Assembly (NCBI GenBank): GCA_017303895.1
Contig: JAFLBF010000006.1
Span: forward strand, 78,618 to 142,617
DNA length: 64,000 bases
Direction of reading: 5' to 3'
Source of the DNA: Bacteroidota bacterium
Lineage (GTDB): Bacteria; Bacteroidota; Bacteroidia; 2-12-FULL-35-15
Shown here piece by piece: positions 18,785 to 28,059 of this stretch. A program made the position numbers and the translations under genes. Under the pieces are notes generated by a model. That model was not told the DNA's origin. It ran no database searches and saw only the letters and a list, made by a program, of their open reading frames with translations. Within the stretch, counting starts at the first letter, position 1, and every line of letters begins with the position of its first letter.

Positions 18785-20140
18785 CTATACAATAGAGCTG
18801 AATATTTGTGATTGTGGAAGATTTCTCCATAGTCGGGCATCGAAAGCCATGCAGATATTTCTTACGAATGGTCGTGCAGACTTTTTTACTTTTAAATGAA
18901 ATGGATTTAATTCGATTAAATTATCTTTTTCTATTTCTTCCAATTTCTCAACAGCATTATAAACGGCTTCGCACTGCACTTCTTTTTGTTCCCAACTTGT
19001 TTCGAATTTGCACATGATATTGAGAATGTGTTTTCGAACAATCAGATCCTCTTCATTTAGAAGATGCCCTTTAAAAATGGGTAACTGTCCTTTGTTGATC
19101 AATTCATAATACTCTTCTACTTTCTTTACATTTTGTGCGTAAGCATACCATGTATCGCCAATCGAACTCACACCTAATCCGATCATAAGTTGCGTGTAAG
19201 AATGAGTGTAGCCCATAAAATTTCTATGCAATTTCCCTTTTTCAGCTGCTTTGTATAATGTGTCAGATTTTAAAGAGAAGTGATCCATTCCTATTTCTAC
19301 ATAATCATTTTCAGAAAAATTTTCTTTCCCGATCTCATAAAGTGCTCTTTTTTCCTCGTCAATAGGCAGATCTGCTTCAGTAAACTTTCTTTGGCCGGGT
19401 TTTACCCATGGAATATGAGCATAACTGTAAAATGCGATGCGATCGGGCTTAAGAATATTTACTTTGTTGATGGTATCAATTACACTTTTTCTTGTTTGAA
19501 GAGGTAGTCCGTAAATGAGATCAAAATTAATAGATTCATATCCGATCTCTCTAGCGGCATTCACTACTTTTTCGACACTTTCGAATGGTTGAATGCGATT
19601 AACGATCTCTTGCACTTTGGGATCAAAATCCTGTATGCCTAAACTCAATCTTCTAAATCCTACACTATACAATGCTTTTAGATGTTCCTTCGTTGTGTTG
19701 TTCGGATGTGCTTCAAAGCTAAATTCGGATTCTTCGCAAACCTCTGAATTCTCAAGGATACCGTTTATGAGTTTCTTTAAATTATCCGGAGAGAAAAAGG
19801 TTGGAGTGCCTCCTCCCAGGTGGATCTCTTTTATTCTGGGTTTTGTACCAAAAATAGTTTGATACATTTTCCATTCTTTTAGAACAGCATCTATATATGG
19901 ATTTTCAACGTTATGATTAATAGTAATTCTAGTGTTGCAACCGCAATAGGTACAAAGACTTTCACAAAAAGGTAAATGTATATAGAGGGCAATTCCATCT
20001 TTCTGATTGGTTTCCTCGAACGATCGTTTTACGCTGCTTGTCCATTGTTCTATTGATGGAGGTGTTGTATCCCAATATGGAACAGTTGGATAGCTTGTAT
20101 AACGTGGACCGGCTACATTGTATTTTTTGATCAAATTCAT
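18785..20140 (-). CDS. hemN: Oxygen-independent coproporphyrinogen III oxidase (radical SAM). The start is chosen at MNLIKKYN; the ORF track extends it 38 codons upstream into queD.
   Basis: CxxxCxxC radical-SAM motif (FCESLCTYCGC), the LIKKYNVAGPRYTSYPT N-terminal signature, and a HemN_C domain. With this start it ends 1 nt before the queD stop. Confidence 0.85.
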   Translation of the reverse strand: MNLIKKYNVAGPRYTSYPTVPYWDTTPPSIEQWTSSVKRSFEETNQKDGIALYIHLPFCESLCTYCGCNTRITINHNVENPYIDAVLKEWKMYQTIFGTKPRIKEIHLGGGTPTFFSPDNLKKLINGILENSEVCEESEFSFEAHPNNTTKEHLKALYSVGFRRLSLGIQDFDPKVQEIVNRIQPFESVEKVVNAAREIGYESINFDLIYGLPLQTRKSVIDTINKVNILKPDRIAFYSYAHIPWVKPGQRKFTEADLPIDEEKRALYEIGKENFSENDYVEIGMDHFSLKSDTLYKAAEKGKLHRNFMGYTHSYTQLMIGLGVSSIGDTWYAYAQNVKKVEEYYELINKGQLPIFKGHLLNEEDLIVRKHILNIMCKFETSWEQKEVQCEAVYNAVEKLEEIEKDNLIELNPFHLKVKKSARPFVRNICMAFDARLWRNLPQSQIFSSIV

Positions 20141-20141
20141 T

Positions 20142-20612
20142 TTAGAGCGTATTGTCTTCTGCATACCATTCAGCATATGACGTAGGAGTCTCCTGCAATA
20201 ATAGATGATGAAGTTGAATATGAGAAGGGAGTTGTGCTTTAATTCGTCCTGCAATGTCGATTAGCATGTTTTCACATGTGGGTTGATAATCAACAAGAAC
20301 CAATTTTTGGAATAACAAATTTTCTTGTGCTAATGCCTTATGTGGTGATGTTCCGTTAAGTATGGTGGAATGATCCAACTCTTCAACAATTGGTTTCACG
20401 ATGGCTTTAAGATCGGTAAAATCCATGATCATCCCATGTTTTGGATTGCTTGAATCTTTTATTGGTTGACCTTTAACTGTCACTTCCAAATGATAGGAAT
20501 GGCCATGAACATTTTTACATGCCCCATCGTACCCGTAAAGTGCATGTGCCATTTCAAAATTAAATTTCTTTGTAATTCGAATATTATTCATTGGATCTGC
20601 TTTAGACAGCAA
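20142..20612 (-). CDS. queD: 6-carboxy-5,6,7,8-tetrahydropterin synthase (QueD / 6-pyruvoyl-tetrahydropterin synthase family). The start may instead be the internal MNNIRI.
   Basis: 156 aa. CxxxHGH motif (CKNVHGHSYHLEV), catalytic Glu/His, and typical size. Confidence 0.8.
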   Translation of the reverse strand: MLSKADPMNNIRITKKFNFEMAHALYGYDGACKNVHGHSYHLEVTVKGQPIKDSSNPKHGMIMDFTDLKAIVKPIVEELDHSTILNGTSPHKALAQENLLFQKLVLVDYQPTCENMLIDIAGRIKAQLPSHIQLHHLLLQETPTSYAEWYAEDNTL

Positions 20613-20655
20613 AAATAACTAAATCATTTCATTGTGAGGAATACTTTTGAGGTAT

Positions 20656-21366
20656 TCATTTGTGGCAGCATTTGCTGCATTCCGGTTTGCTAGCCGACAT
20701 TTCCGGACTGATATAAGGGATGCCAAGGTTCATTCCTCTTAAGATAAGGAGTAAAGCCATAGCAACCACAAATACAGGAATGGCTTTATTGATCTTGTTT
20801 CTGAAGTTAATGCTGATCGAATTTCCAAGCATTCCCAATACGAACATTGCAGGTAAGGTGCCAAGGCCGAACATTGCCATAAACAATGCTCCCTCTAAAC
20901 TACTGCCTGTAGCAATTGCTCCTGTAATTCCTAAATAAACCAATCCGCATGGTAAGAGTCCATTCAATGTGCCGATAAAGAAAAGAGAAGAATAGCTTCT
21001 TTTTTGAAACAACACCCCTAATTTTTGTTTTAGCTTACCTATATACGAATAGATAAATGCAGTTATTTTAAATCGCCCATACGCGCTACTTGGTAATAAA
21101 ACCATGATCAAAATAATTACTCCCAAAGTAATGGATAATGCTTGCTGATAGCCAGCTATTACAACACTTTGTCCTAATAATCCAAATAAGCTTCCAAATA
21201 AGGCATAGGTGAACATTCTTCCGAAGTTATACAATAGAGCACCTGCTATTTTTGAAGTGATTGAATTATGATTTAATGGCAGGGCTAGTGCAATAGGTCC
21301 GCACATTCCTACACAGTGAAAACTTCCTAAAAATCCTAATGTTATGGCAGCCCAAATAAATGTCAT
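20656..21366 (-). CDS. DsbD_2 / TauE-SafE-like membrane protein associated with cbb3 oxidase biogenesis
   Basis: 236 aa polytopic membrane protein with an HCVGMCGP motif, immediately downstream of ccoH. Confidence 0.6.
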   Translation of the reverse strand: MTFIWAAITLGFLGSFHCVGMCGPIALALPLNHNSITSKIAGALLYNFGRMFTYALFGSLFGLLGQSVVIAGYQQALSITLGVIILIMVLLPSSAYGRFKITAFIYSYIGKLKQKLGVLFQKRSYSSLFFIGTLNGLLPCGLVYLGITGAIATGSSLEGALFMAMFGLGTLPAMFVLGMLGNSISINFRNKINKAIPVFVVAMALLLILRGMNLGIPYISPEMSASKPECSKCCHK

Positions 21367-21368
21367 GA

Positions 21369-21815
21369 TTACGGCAATACGATGATCGATTCGTTAAAAT
21401 AATTTTTCCCCTCAACTGTCCAAGAAATTTGCATCTTGTACATTCCACTGCTTAATACAGATTTTGAAATGGTCTGTTTCAGATCAGCATTTAGTTGAAC
21501 CGGTGTTTTATAATCTTTCGATGCGTCAGAAGGTTTGAAGAATAGGATCTCACCGGCAATTTTTTTGTTTTTAAAGTCAATAGGGAATTGGATTTCTAAT
21601 TGATTTGCACCAATGGTATGTTTGATCTGATCGGATAATGCATTAGCATTATTCATCTCATTGATCTTGTCCTGATATTTTAGCTCTTTAGCATAATAAT
21701 CACTGCTTACCAATTCAATTTTTTGATTCATGCTAAATGTTACCATTACAATTACCAGTCCTACAAAACTGATATAAAGTGCAGCGATCTTTGTTCCCCA
21801 GCTAATTTGTGTCAT
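21369..21815 (-). CDS. ccoH: FixH/CcoH cbb3 oxidase assembly protein
   Basis: 148 aa with a single N-terminal TM segment and the FixH-family layout. It sits between ccoG and the DsbD_2 gene. Confidence 0.75.
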   Translation of the reverse strand: MTQISWGTKIAALYISFVGLVIVMVTFSMNQKIELVSSDYYAKELKYQDKINEMNNANALSDQIKHTIGANQLEIQFPIDFKNKKIAGEILFFKPSDASKDYKTPVQLNADLKQTISKSVLSSGMYKMQISWTVEGKNYFNESIIVLP

Positions 21816-21830
21816 GATATTTTGTTTTTT

Positions 21831-23246
21831 TTATTTTGGATTAATTTTAAATGGCCCTAAAAAGCTAGCATCAATACTTTCCAGTTTTTTGCCATTTGCG
21901 TATACACCAATTGTAATTTCCGTTTTTCTTTCTTTTACATCTTTTTTATCTAACTCTACAAAAAAGATGGCACCTCCCAAGCTTTGATCTTCAATCTTAA
22001 TACTGTCATCGCCTACTAATCGAATACTGCCTTGGTGTGATTCAAGAACAAGATCGATGTTTAGTTTTTCATGTGTTTTATTTACCAATTTAACATTGTA
22101 TAAGTTAGTGATCTTATTGTTAGGTTGATCCTGAAACAACATGCCGGGTGTTCTTAAAATGGTGGTCTCCACATCCGTTCTGCTTACAAGTAATGTCACC
22201 AATATGCCCAGTAAAACTAATAATACAACTGAATAGGCCACCATTCTTCCTGTGATCGAAAGTTTTTGTTTTTCAGCAATGCCTTTTTCAGAATCGTATC
22301 TGATCAAACCTTTAGGTAAACCAACACTATCCATCATGTGGTCGCAAGCATCAATACAAGCAGTGCAATTAACACATTCTAATTGGGTGCCATTTCTGAT
22401 ATCAATTCCGGTTGGACAAACCTTAACACATTGTGCACAATCAATACAGTCGCCTTTCTCTCTGGTTTCATTTTTTTTGTATTTAGCTCTTGGTTCTCCT
22501 CGTACATAATCATATGCTACAACAATAGAGTTTTTATCTAAGAGTACCCCTTGTAATCGCCCGTATGGACAAACAACAATACATGCCTGTTCACGAAACC
22601 ATAAGTAAACAAAAAAGAAAACAGTAGTAAAGATCAAAAGTGAAATGAATGTTCCAATATTTTTTGCCAGTCCTTCATGATACATTTTGAACAACTCATC
22701 CACACTGATGATATAAGCTAAAAATGTATTTGCTATTATGAATGAAACTATGAAAAAGGTAAAGGTTTTTCCTCCTCTTCTCATTATCTTATCAGCATCC
22801 CACTTCTTCTTGTTTAATGCTTTTTGGTGACTGGCATCACCTTCAAACCAATATTCGATCTTCCTGAAAACCATTTCCATGAAAATGGTTTGAGGGCATG
22901 CCCAACCACAAAATACCCTTCCGAATACCACCGTAAATAAAACAACAAATACAATGAACGTTAACATTCCTAATACAAATAGGAACAGATCCTGTGGCCA
23001 AAAGATAGCACCAAAAAGAATGAATTTTCTTTCGGGAATATTGATCAGAAAAAGAGGCTCCCCATCGTACTCTATAAATGGTAGTGTAAAAAACACTACC
23101 AGATATAGAATGCTTAGAATTGTTCGTTTGTTATATAATGCACCTTTGGGCTTTTGTGCAAAGATCCAATTTCTCTTCCCGTCTTTTATTGTTGCAATGG
23201 AGTCTCTAAATGATTCTTCTTCCTGCAACTTACTATCAGATTCCAT
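21831..23246 (-). CDS. ccoG: CcoG/FixG 4Fe-4S ferredoxin-type cbb3 oxidase accessory protein
   Basis: 471 aa. CGWACPQT motif and two 4Fe-4S CxxCxxCxxxCP clusters (CIDCAQCVKVCP; CVNCTACIDACD), followed by a C-terminal Ig-like domain. Confidence 0.85.
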   Translation of the reverse strand: MESDSKLQEEESFRDSIATIKDGKRNWIFAQKPKGALYNKRTILSILYLVVFFTLPFIEYDGEPLFLINIPERKFILFGAIFWPQDLFLFVLGMLTFIVFVVLFTVVFGRVFCGWACPQTIFMEMVFRKIEYWFEGDASHQKALNKKKWDADKIMRRGGKTFTFFIVSFIIANTFLAYIISVDELFKMYHEGLAKNIGTFISLLIFTTVFFFVYLWFREQACIVVCPYGRLQGVLLDKNSIVVAYDYVRGEPRAKYKKNETREKGDCIDCAQCVKVCPTGIDIRNGTQLECVNCTACIDACDHMMDSVGLPKGLIRYDSEKGIAEKQKLSITGRMVAYSVVLLVLLGILVTLLVSRTDVETTILRTPGMLFQDQPNNKITNLYNVKLVNKTHEKLNIDLVLESHQGSIRLVGDDSIKIEDQSLGGAIFFVELDKKDVKERKTEITIGVYANGKKLESIDASFLGPFKINPK

Positions 23247-23249
23247 AAT

Positions 23250-24458
23250 TTATTTTTTTACTTCTACTTTCGCGCTATCTACTACTGCTGCAACTGCTGT
23301 ACTATCAGTTGCTGTAGAATCAGCAACTGGGGCAACACCTTCTTCTACATAGAGGTCACCTTGTTTTTCTTTTCCGTTTGGAGGGTTTGTGCCTCTTATA
23401 CTTTTAACATAGGATGCTAGCATTTGTATTTCTGCTGGCGAGTATTGTGCTTGCCAAGACTGCATCCCCTTATCCGGGTATCCGTATTTAATTGTTTTAA
23501 AGATGTCTTTTATGCTTCCTCCATGTAACCAATAATCATCCGTTAAGTTTGGTCCAATCTGATTTCCTTCACCTAAACTGCCATGACAAGGAGCACATGT
23601 TGATTTGAAAATGTTCTCTCCTTCAGCAATTTTAGCTTTGTCTTCCAACATTGTAACAGATGTTTCATCCACATTGTTAGCACTAAGTTTTGCATATTCT
23701 TCTTTTGCAATTTTTGCCGCTTCAATTGACTTGTTATATTCTGTTGCTTGAAGATCTCCGGTTGCTGTTACGTGATAATGAACTAAATAAATAAAAGCAA
23801 AGATGATGGTAACATAGAATCCATATTTCCACCATGGTGGTAGATCGTTATCCAATTCTTTAATGCCATCATAATTGTGATCCATTAGAATGTCCGCTTC
23901 TTTTTCAAGTGAAACGGAAGCGTTTAATTTTTCCAATAAACTTGGTTCTGCTGCTATCACTTTTGCAGCGATCATTTCTTCAATTTCAGGTTTTACCATT
24001 AGCTGGATGCTATTAACCAAAACAAAAATGATCAGAATCTCAAATGCGATCACCGCTAAAAGACTATAGAATAATCCGCTGCTCAGTCCCATGTATCCAC
24101 TAACTGCCACAGCTGAAGTAGCTTCTTGAGCCATTACAGACTTAGCAGAGGACATAAGTGCGATCAGTGCAACAATACTAAGGATCTTTTTTCCATTATT
24201 GTTTTTCTCTTTTGTTGCATATGCAACGTTTTTCAAAACTCCTGCTAATACAGAAATAACGATCATTAGCAAAACAATAATGCTGAATAGACCAATGAAT
24301 AAAGGATTAGAGAATGCAGCAAACGTATCCTCTTCAGCTTTAGTCGCTGCATTTTGTGCATACACACTTAGTCCAAAGAACATGGATAACATCGTTAGCA
24401 AATACTTGCTGCCTGGAGCAAGTTTTTTGAATAGATTATTGATGGTTGAATATTTCAT
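23250..24458 (-). CDS. ccoP: cbb3 oxidase subunit III (CcoP/FixP) with a single c-type haem site
   Basis: 402 aa. FixP_N signature (DHNYDGIKELDNDLPPWW), one CxxCH (CAPCHG), and N-terminal TM segments. Confidence 0.7.
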   Translation of the reverse strand: MKYSTINNLFKKLAPGSKYLLTMLSMFFGLSVYAQNAATKAEEDTFAAFSNPLFIGLFSIIVLLMIVISVLAGVLKNVAYATKEKNNNGKKILSIVALIALMSSAKSVMAQEATSAVAVSGYMGLSSGLFYSLLAVIAFEILIIFVLVNSIQLMVKPEIEEMIAAKVIAAEPSLLEKLNASVSLEKEADILMDHNYDGIKELDNDLPPWWKYGFYVTIIFAFIYLVHYHVTATGDLQATEYNKSIEAAKIAKEEYAKLSANNVDETSVTMLEDKAKIAEGENIFKSTCAPCHGSLGEGNQIGPNLTDDYWLHGGSIKDIFKTIKYGYPDKGMQSWQAQYSPAEIQMLASYVKSIRGTNPPNGKEKQGDLYVEEGVAPVADSTATDSTAVAAVVDSAKVEVKK

Positions 24459-24469
24459 AATGATAGAGA

Positions 24470-24652
24470 TTAAAAATTGTTTTTATCATTTTTATCATCG
24501 AATGGCAAATTCTCTAATTCAATGATATGTTGCTTATTTACTTTTGCTACATAGATCAACAGTCCAATAAAGAATGCGAAAAATATAGTTAGTGATATCA
24601 TTGGGAAGATGCTTACTCCCGCAATTGATTCTAAATAGTTTATAAATTTCAT
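24470..24652 (-). CDS. ccoQ: CcoQ/FixQ-like small membrane subunit
   Basis: 60 aa single-TM protein between ccoNO and ccoP. Confidence 0.55.
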   Translation of the reverse strand: MKFINYLESIAGVSIFPMISLTIFFAFFIGLLIYVAKVNKQHIIELENLPFDDKNDKNNF

Positions 24653-24660
24653 GTGCTTTC

Positions 24661-26790
24661 TTATTTAGTTGTTACTACTTCGCTTGCTTTGATGTCTTTT
24701 CCTAATCTTTGTAGGTATGCGATCAATGCAATGATCTCTCTATCATTTGGTGTTTCAATTTTGTCTTTTTTCAAGCTCTCCGTAATTTCATCTGCTTGTT
24801 TGATCAAGTCGATATTCGCAATTTTATCATACCCATCAGGATAAGGAACGCCTAATTTTTGCATTGCTCTTATCTTTGCAGGAGTGGATGCTGTATCTAA
24901 AGCATCTTCTAACAACCAAGGGTATTGAGGCATGATAGAGTGCTCTGACACTGATGTAGGTGAATACATATGGTTGTAATGCCATGTGTTAGATCTTAAT
25001 CCTCCTTCACGAGCTAAATCCGGACCGGTACGTTTTGATCCCCATTGGAATGGATGGTCGTAAACAAATTCGCCAGCCTTTGAATATTCCCCGTAACGTT
25101 CAGTTTCGAAACGTAATGGACGGATCATTTGTGAATGACAGGTGTAACATCCCTCTCTGATATATATATCACGACCTTGAAGTTCAAGTGGAGTGTACGG
25201 TTTTACACTTGAGATCGTTGGAATGTTTGATTTTACTAAGAATGTAGGGATCATTTCTGCAATACCACCGATCAAGATAACCACTAAACTTACGATAAGC
25301 ATTTGGATAGGCTTGCGTTCGATCCATCTGTGCCAGTGTTCGCCTGCATGTGAACCATCGTGTGCTTTATCCAATGCAGGTGCTTCTGCTTCTTCATTGG
25401 CTAAGAACGATCCCGCTTTAACAGTTTTGATAATGTTGTAAGCCATCATTACGAAACCAACTAGGTACATCGTTCCACCGAGTGAACGCATGATGTACAT
25501 TGGGCGTAATTGAGTTACTGTTTCAAGGAAGTTAGTGTATTGTAAGAATCCGTTTGGTTTGAATTCTTGCCACATTAGATATTGCGTAAATCCAGCCCAA
25601 TACATTGGAATAGCATAGAATAAGATACCCAATGACCCTAACCAGAAATGCCAGTTAGCTAATTTAGTTGACCATAAATTGGTGCGGAACATTTTAGGTA
25701 CTAACCAATATAAGATACCAAAAGTTAAGAACCCATTCCAACCCAAGGCTCCAACGTGAACGTGAGCAATGATCCAGTCTGTAAAGTGTGCAATTGAATT
25801 TACTTTTTTCAATGATAACATTGGCCCTTCAAATGTTGCCATACCATAGGCAGTAACTGCCACCACCATGAATTTTAGCACAACGCTTTCACGCACTTTA
25901 TCCCAAGCACCACGTAATGTTAATAATCCATTGATCATTCCTCCCCATGATGGGGCGATCAACATAACAGAGAATACAACACCAAGTGATTGAGCCCAAT
26001 CAGGAAGTGCAGTGTATAATAAGTGGTGAGGACCAGCCCAAATATATAAGAAGATCAAAGCCCAAAAGTGGATGATCGATAAGCGATAAGAGTACACCGG
26101 ACGTTCAGCAGCTTTAGGAATAAAGTAATACATTAAACCTAAATACGGTGTAGTTAAGAAGAATGCTACTGCATTGTGTCCATACCACCATTGTACTAAG
26201 GCATCTTGTACACCTGCATACCAAGAATAACTTTTTAAGAAAGATACAGGCATCTCAAAAGAGTTCACAATGTGTAATACGGCAACAGTTACAAATGTGG
26301 CGATATAGAACCATATACCTACATATAAGTGGCGCTCTCTTCTTTTGATGATCGTTCCGAACATATTCCAACCGAACACCACCCAAATTAATGCAATCGC
26401 GATGTCAATTGGCCACTCTAATTCTGCATATTCTTTACCAGTTGTAATACCGAAAGGAATGGTTAGTGCAGCAGCAACAATGATCATCTGCCATCCCCAG
26501 AAATGGACCTTGCTTAAGGCATCACTGAACATACGCGCTTTACATAAACGTTGTAAAGAGTAATACACTCCCATAAAGATACCATTCCCCACAAAAGCGA
26601 AAATAACTGCATTTGTGTGCAGTGGTCTTAATCTACCAAATGTGGTGTACGACATCACATTCAGTTCCGGGAAAATAAATTGCAAGGCTACCCATAAGCC
26701 TACCAGCATACCCACAAACCCCCATAATATGGTGGCATAGGCAAATTGCTTTACAATTTTGTTGTCATAGGAAAATTTTTCTACTTCCAT
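24661..26790 (-). CDS. ccoNO: cbb3-type cytochrome c oxidase subunits I and II, fused (CcoN-CcoO)
   Basis: 709 aa. A haem-copper oxidase subunit I core with 12 TM segments and His ligands (…WAGPHHL…HFWLGS…HVHVG…). The C-terminal monohaem CcoO domain carries CYTCHS and RTGPDL. Confidence 0.92.
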   Translation of the reverse strand: MEVEKFSYDNKIVKQFAYATILWGFVGMLVGLWVALQFIFPELNVMSYTTFGRLRPLHTNAVIFAFVGNGIFMGVYYSLQRLCKARMFSDALSKVHFWGWQMIIVAAALTIPFGITTGKEYAELEWPIDIAIALIWVVFGWNMFGTIIKRRERHLYVGIWFYIATFVTVAVLHIVNSFEMPVSFLKSYSWYAGVQDALVQWWYGHNAVAFFLTTPYLGLMYYFIPKAAERPVYSYRLSIIHFWALIFLYIWAGPHHLLYTALPDWAQSLGVVFSVMLIAPSWGGMINGLLTLRGAWDKVRESVVLKFMVVAVTAYGMATFEGPMLSLKKVNSIAHFTDWIIAHVHVGALGWNGFLTFGILYWLVPKMFRTNLWSTKLANWHFWLGSLGILFYAIPMYWAGFTQYLMWQEFKPNGFLQYTNFLETVTQLRPMYIMRSLGGTMYLVGFVMMAYNIIKTVKAGSFLANEEAEAPALDKAHDGSHAGEHWHRWIERKPIQMLIVSLVVILIGGIAEMIPTFLVKSNIPTISSVKPYTPLELQGRDIYIREGCYTCHSQMIRPLRFETERYGEYSKAGEFVYDHPFQWGSKRTGPDLAREGGLRSNTWHYNHMYSPTSVSEHSIMPQYPWLLEDALDTASTPAKIRAMQKLGVPYPDGYDKIANIDLIKQADEITESLKKDKIETPNDREIIALIAYLQRLGKDIKASEVVTTK

Positions 26791-26794
26791 AATT

Positions 26795-27001
26795 TTAATT
26801 GTTATTGGTTAATTTTTCTTTTGTTGATATTGTTTTGTTTGATTCTTTTGAAGAAGGAGTAATTGTATCGTCAAAAAGCATACGTAGAGAAGGGGTGTAG
26901 TCATCGTCATATTGTCCATTCTTAACACTCCAGATGAACGCTAATAAAAAGCCAGCCGCCACCACAATGCTTACTGCTATTAAAATGATCAAAACGCTCA
27001 T
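26795..27001 (-). CDS. ccoS: CcoS/FixS cbb3 oxidase maturation protein
   Basis: 68 aa, single TM (LIILIAVSIVVAAGFLLAFIW) and then GQYDD. It lies 4 nt upstream of ccoNO. Confidence 0.7.
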   Translation of the reverse strand: MSVLIILIAVSIVVAAGFLLAFIWSVKNGQYDDDYTPSLRMLFDDTITPSSKESNKTISTKEKLTNNN

Positions 27002-27093
27002 GTGAAAATGCTTTTATTTATGCGTCAAAATTATTTTTTCGCGAATAGAGGAATTATGATAGCGGTCAGAAAAAAACATGATTAAAATCACAT

Positions 27094-27165
27094 TGCTATA
27101 AATAGCACAAAATCAATGATTTGCAATTGTTTTTCGTAAAGATTGCTAAAAATGATTTTTATCAT
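27094..27165. promoter_or_regulatory. Two palindromes in the ccoS upstream and divergent intergenic region: TGCTATAAATAGCA (27094-27107) and the Fnr/FixK-box-like ATGATTTTTATCAT (27152-27165, 5-4-5 spacing)
   Basis: Seen directly in the sequence. The second matches TTGAT-N4-ATCAA at 4 of 5 positions per half-site. Confidence 0.3.
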
Positions 27166-27239
27166 GGAAGTGGCTTGATAATGCTCATTTTAAATGAAAG
27201 TGAACGAGTCTACTTTTGCCCAAGATAAAACATAGTTAT

Positions 27240-27563
27240 ATGAAAAAACTGATAATAAGTATTGGGTTTATAATAGAAGCAGTTGCTGGGCTTGCTCAGA
27301 ATGGCATAGCTGTTAAAGTAGATGATTTAACGGTTGCTCAACATAAGGTTCTGCAAAGTGAATTGAGAGATTCCAAGATTTTGTATTCTTGTATTCCAGC
27401 CGGAATAATTGTGTTTCAAGAAAGTAGCAATCTGCCTGAATTGAAAAAGCAGGTTAACTCAGCTCTCAAAAAAGCAGAAATACTTGTCGAGCCTAAATTT
27501 ATCGAGAATTACTCGATAGCCTCAGCGGAGCAAGAATGCGCCACTTATAGAAAAATAGATTAA
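27240..27563 (+). CDS. Small secreted hypothetical protein, starting at the internal MKKLIISIGF. The ORF track begins at a TTG at 27216.
   Basis: Signal peptide followed by ~85 aa of mixed sequence. No family recognised. Confidence 0.4.
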   Translation: MKKLIISIGFIIEAVAGLAQNGIAVKVDDLTVAQHKVLQSELRDSKILYSCIPAGIIVFQESSNLPELKKQVNSALKKAEILVEPKFIENYSIASAEQECATYRKID

Positions 27564-27585
27564 TCACTCCTCAAAAAAATATTTT

Positions 27586-28059
27586 ATGAAACGTATTTAT
27601 GTTCTCGTTTTGCTTTTTATTTCATCGGTATTGATAAGCAATAAATTGTCTGCTCAGTTATTGGTAGATAATAGTTTAACGGCTCAACAATTGGCGCAAT
27701 TGATTTCAGGACAGGGAGTTCAAATCTTAAATCCTCAAGTTCATTGTGCCGCTACGGGGTACGGTAAGTATAATGCTACAAACAGTAATCTGAATATTAC
27801 GGAAGGACTGTTGCTTACCACCGGAACTATTAATAATGCTATAGGTCCAAATAATGTAGGAAACAAAACCACTTATTTTGGAGCACAGAATACTCCGAGT
27901 ACGTATCCACTTTTGAACAGTTATACTGGTCGTACAACATGGGAGTATTGTGAATTTGAATTTGATATTGTTCCACAAGGTGACACCATCAAATTTGATT
28001 TTGTGTTTGCATCTGAAGAATATGAAGAGTGGGTTGACTCACAATATGTAATTCAGTGA
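27586..28059 (+). CDS. N-terminal fragment (signal peptide plus choice-of-anchor-like domain ending FDFVFASEEYEEWV) that is out of frame with the following OmpA-family ORF. Probably a frameshifted 5' part of one gene.
   Basis: The 157-aa ORF stops at TGA 28057-59. The next ORF opens in the -1 frame from 28038 and has no signal peptide of its own. Confidence 0.5.
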   Translation: MKRIYVLVLLFISSVLISNKLSAQLLVDNSLTAQQLAQLISGQGVQILNPQVHCAATGYGKYNATNSNLNITEGLLLTTGTINNAIGPNNVGNKTTYFGAQNTPSTYPLLNSYTGRTTWEYCEFEFDIVPQGDTIKFDFVFASEEYEEWVDSQYVIQ

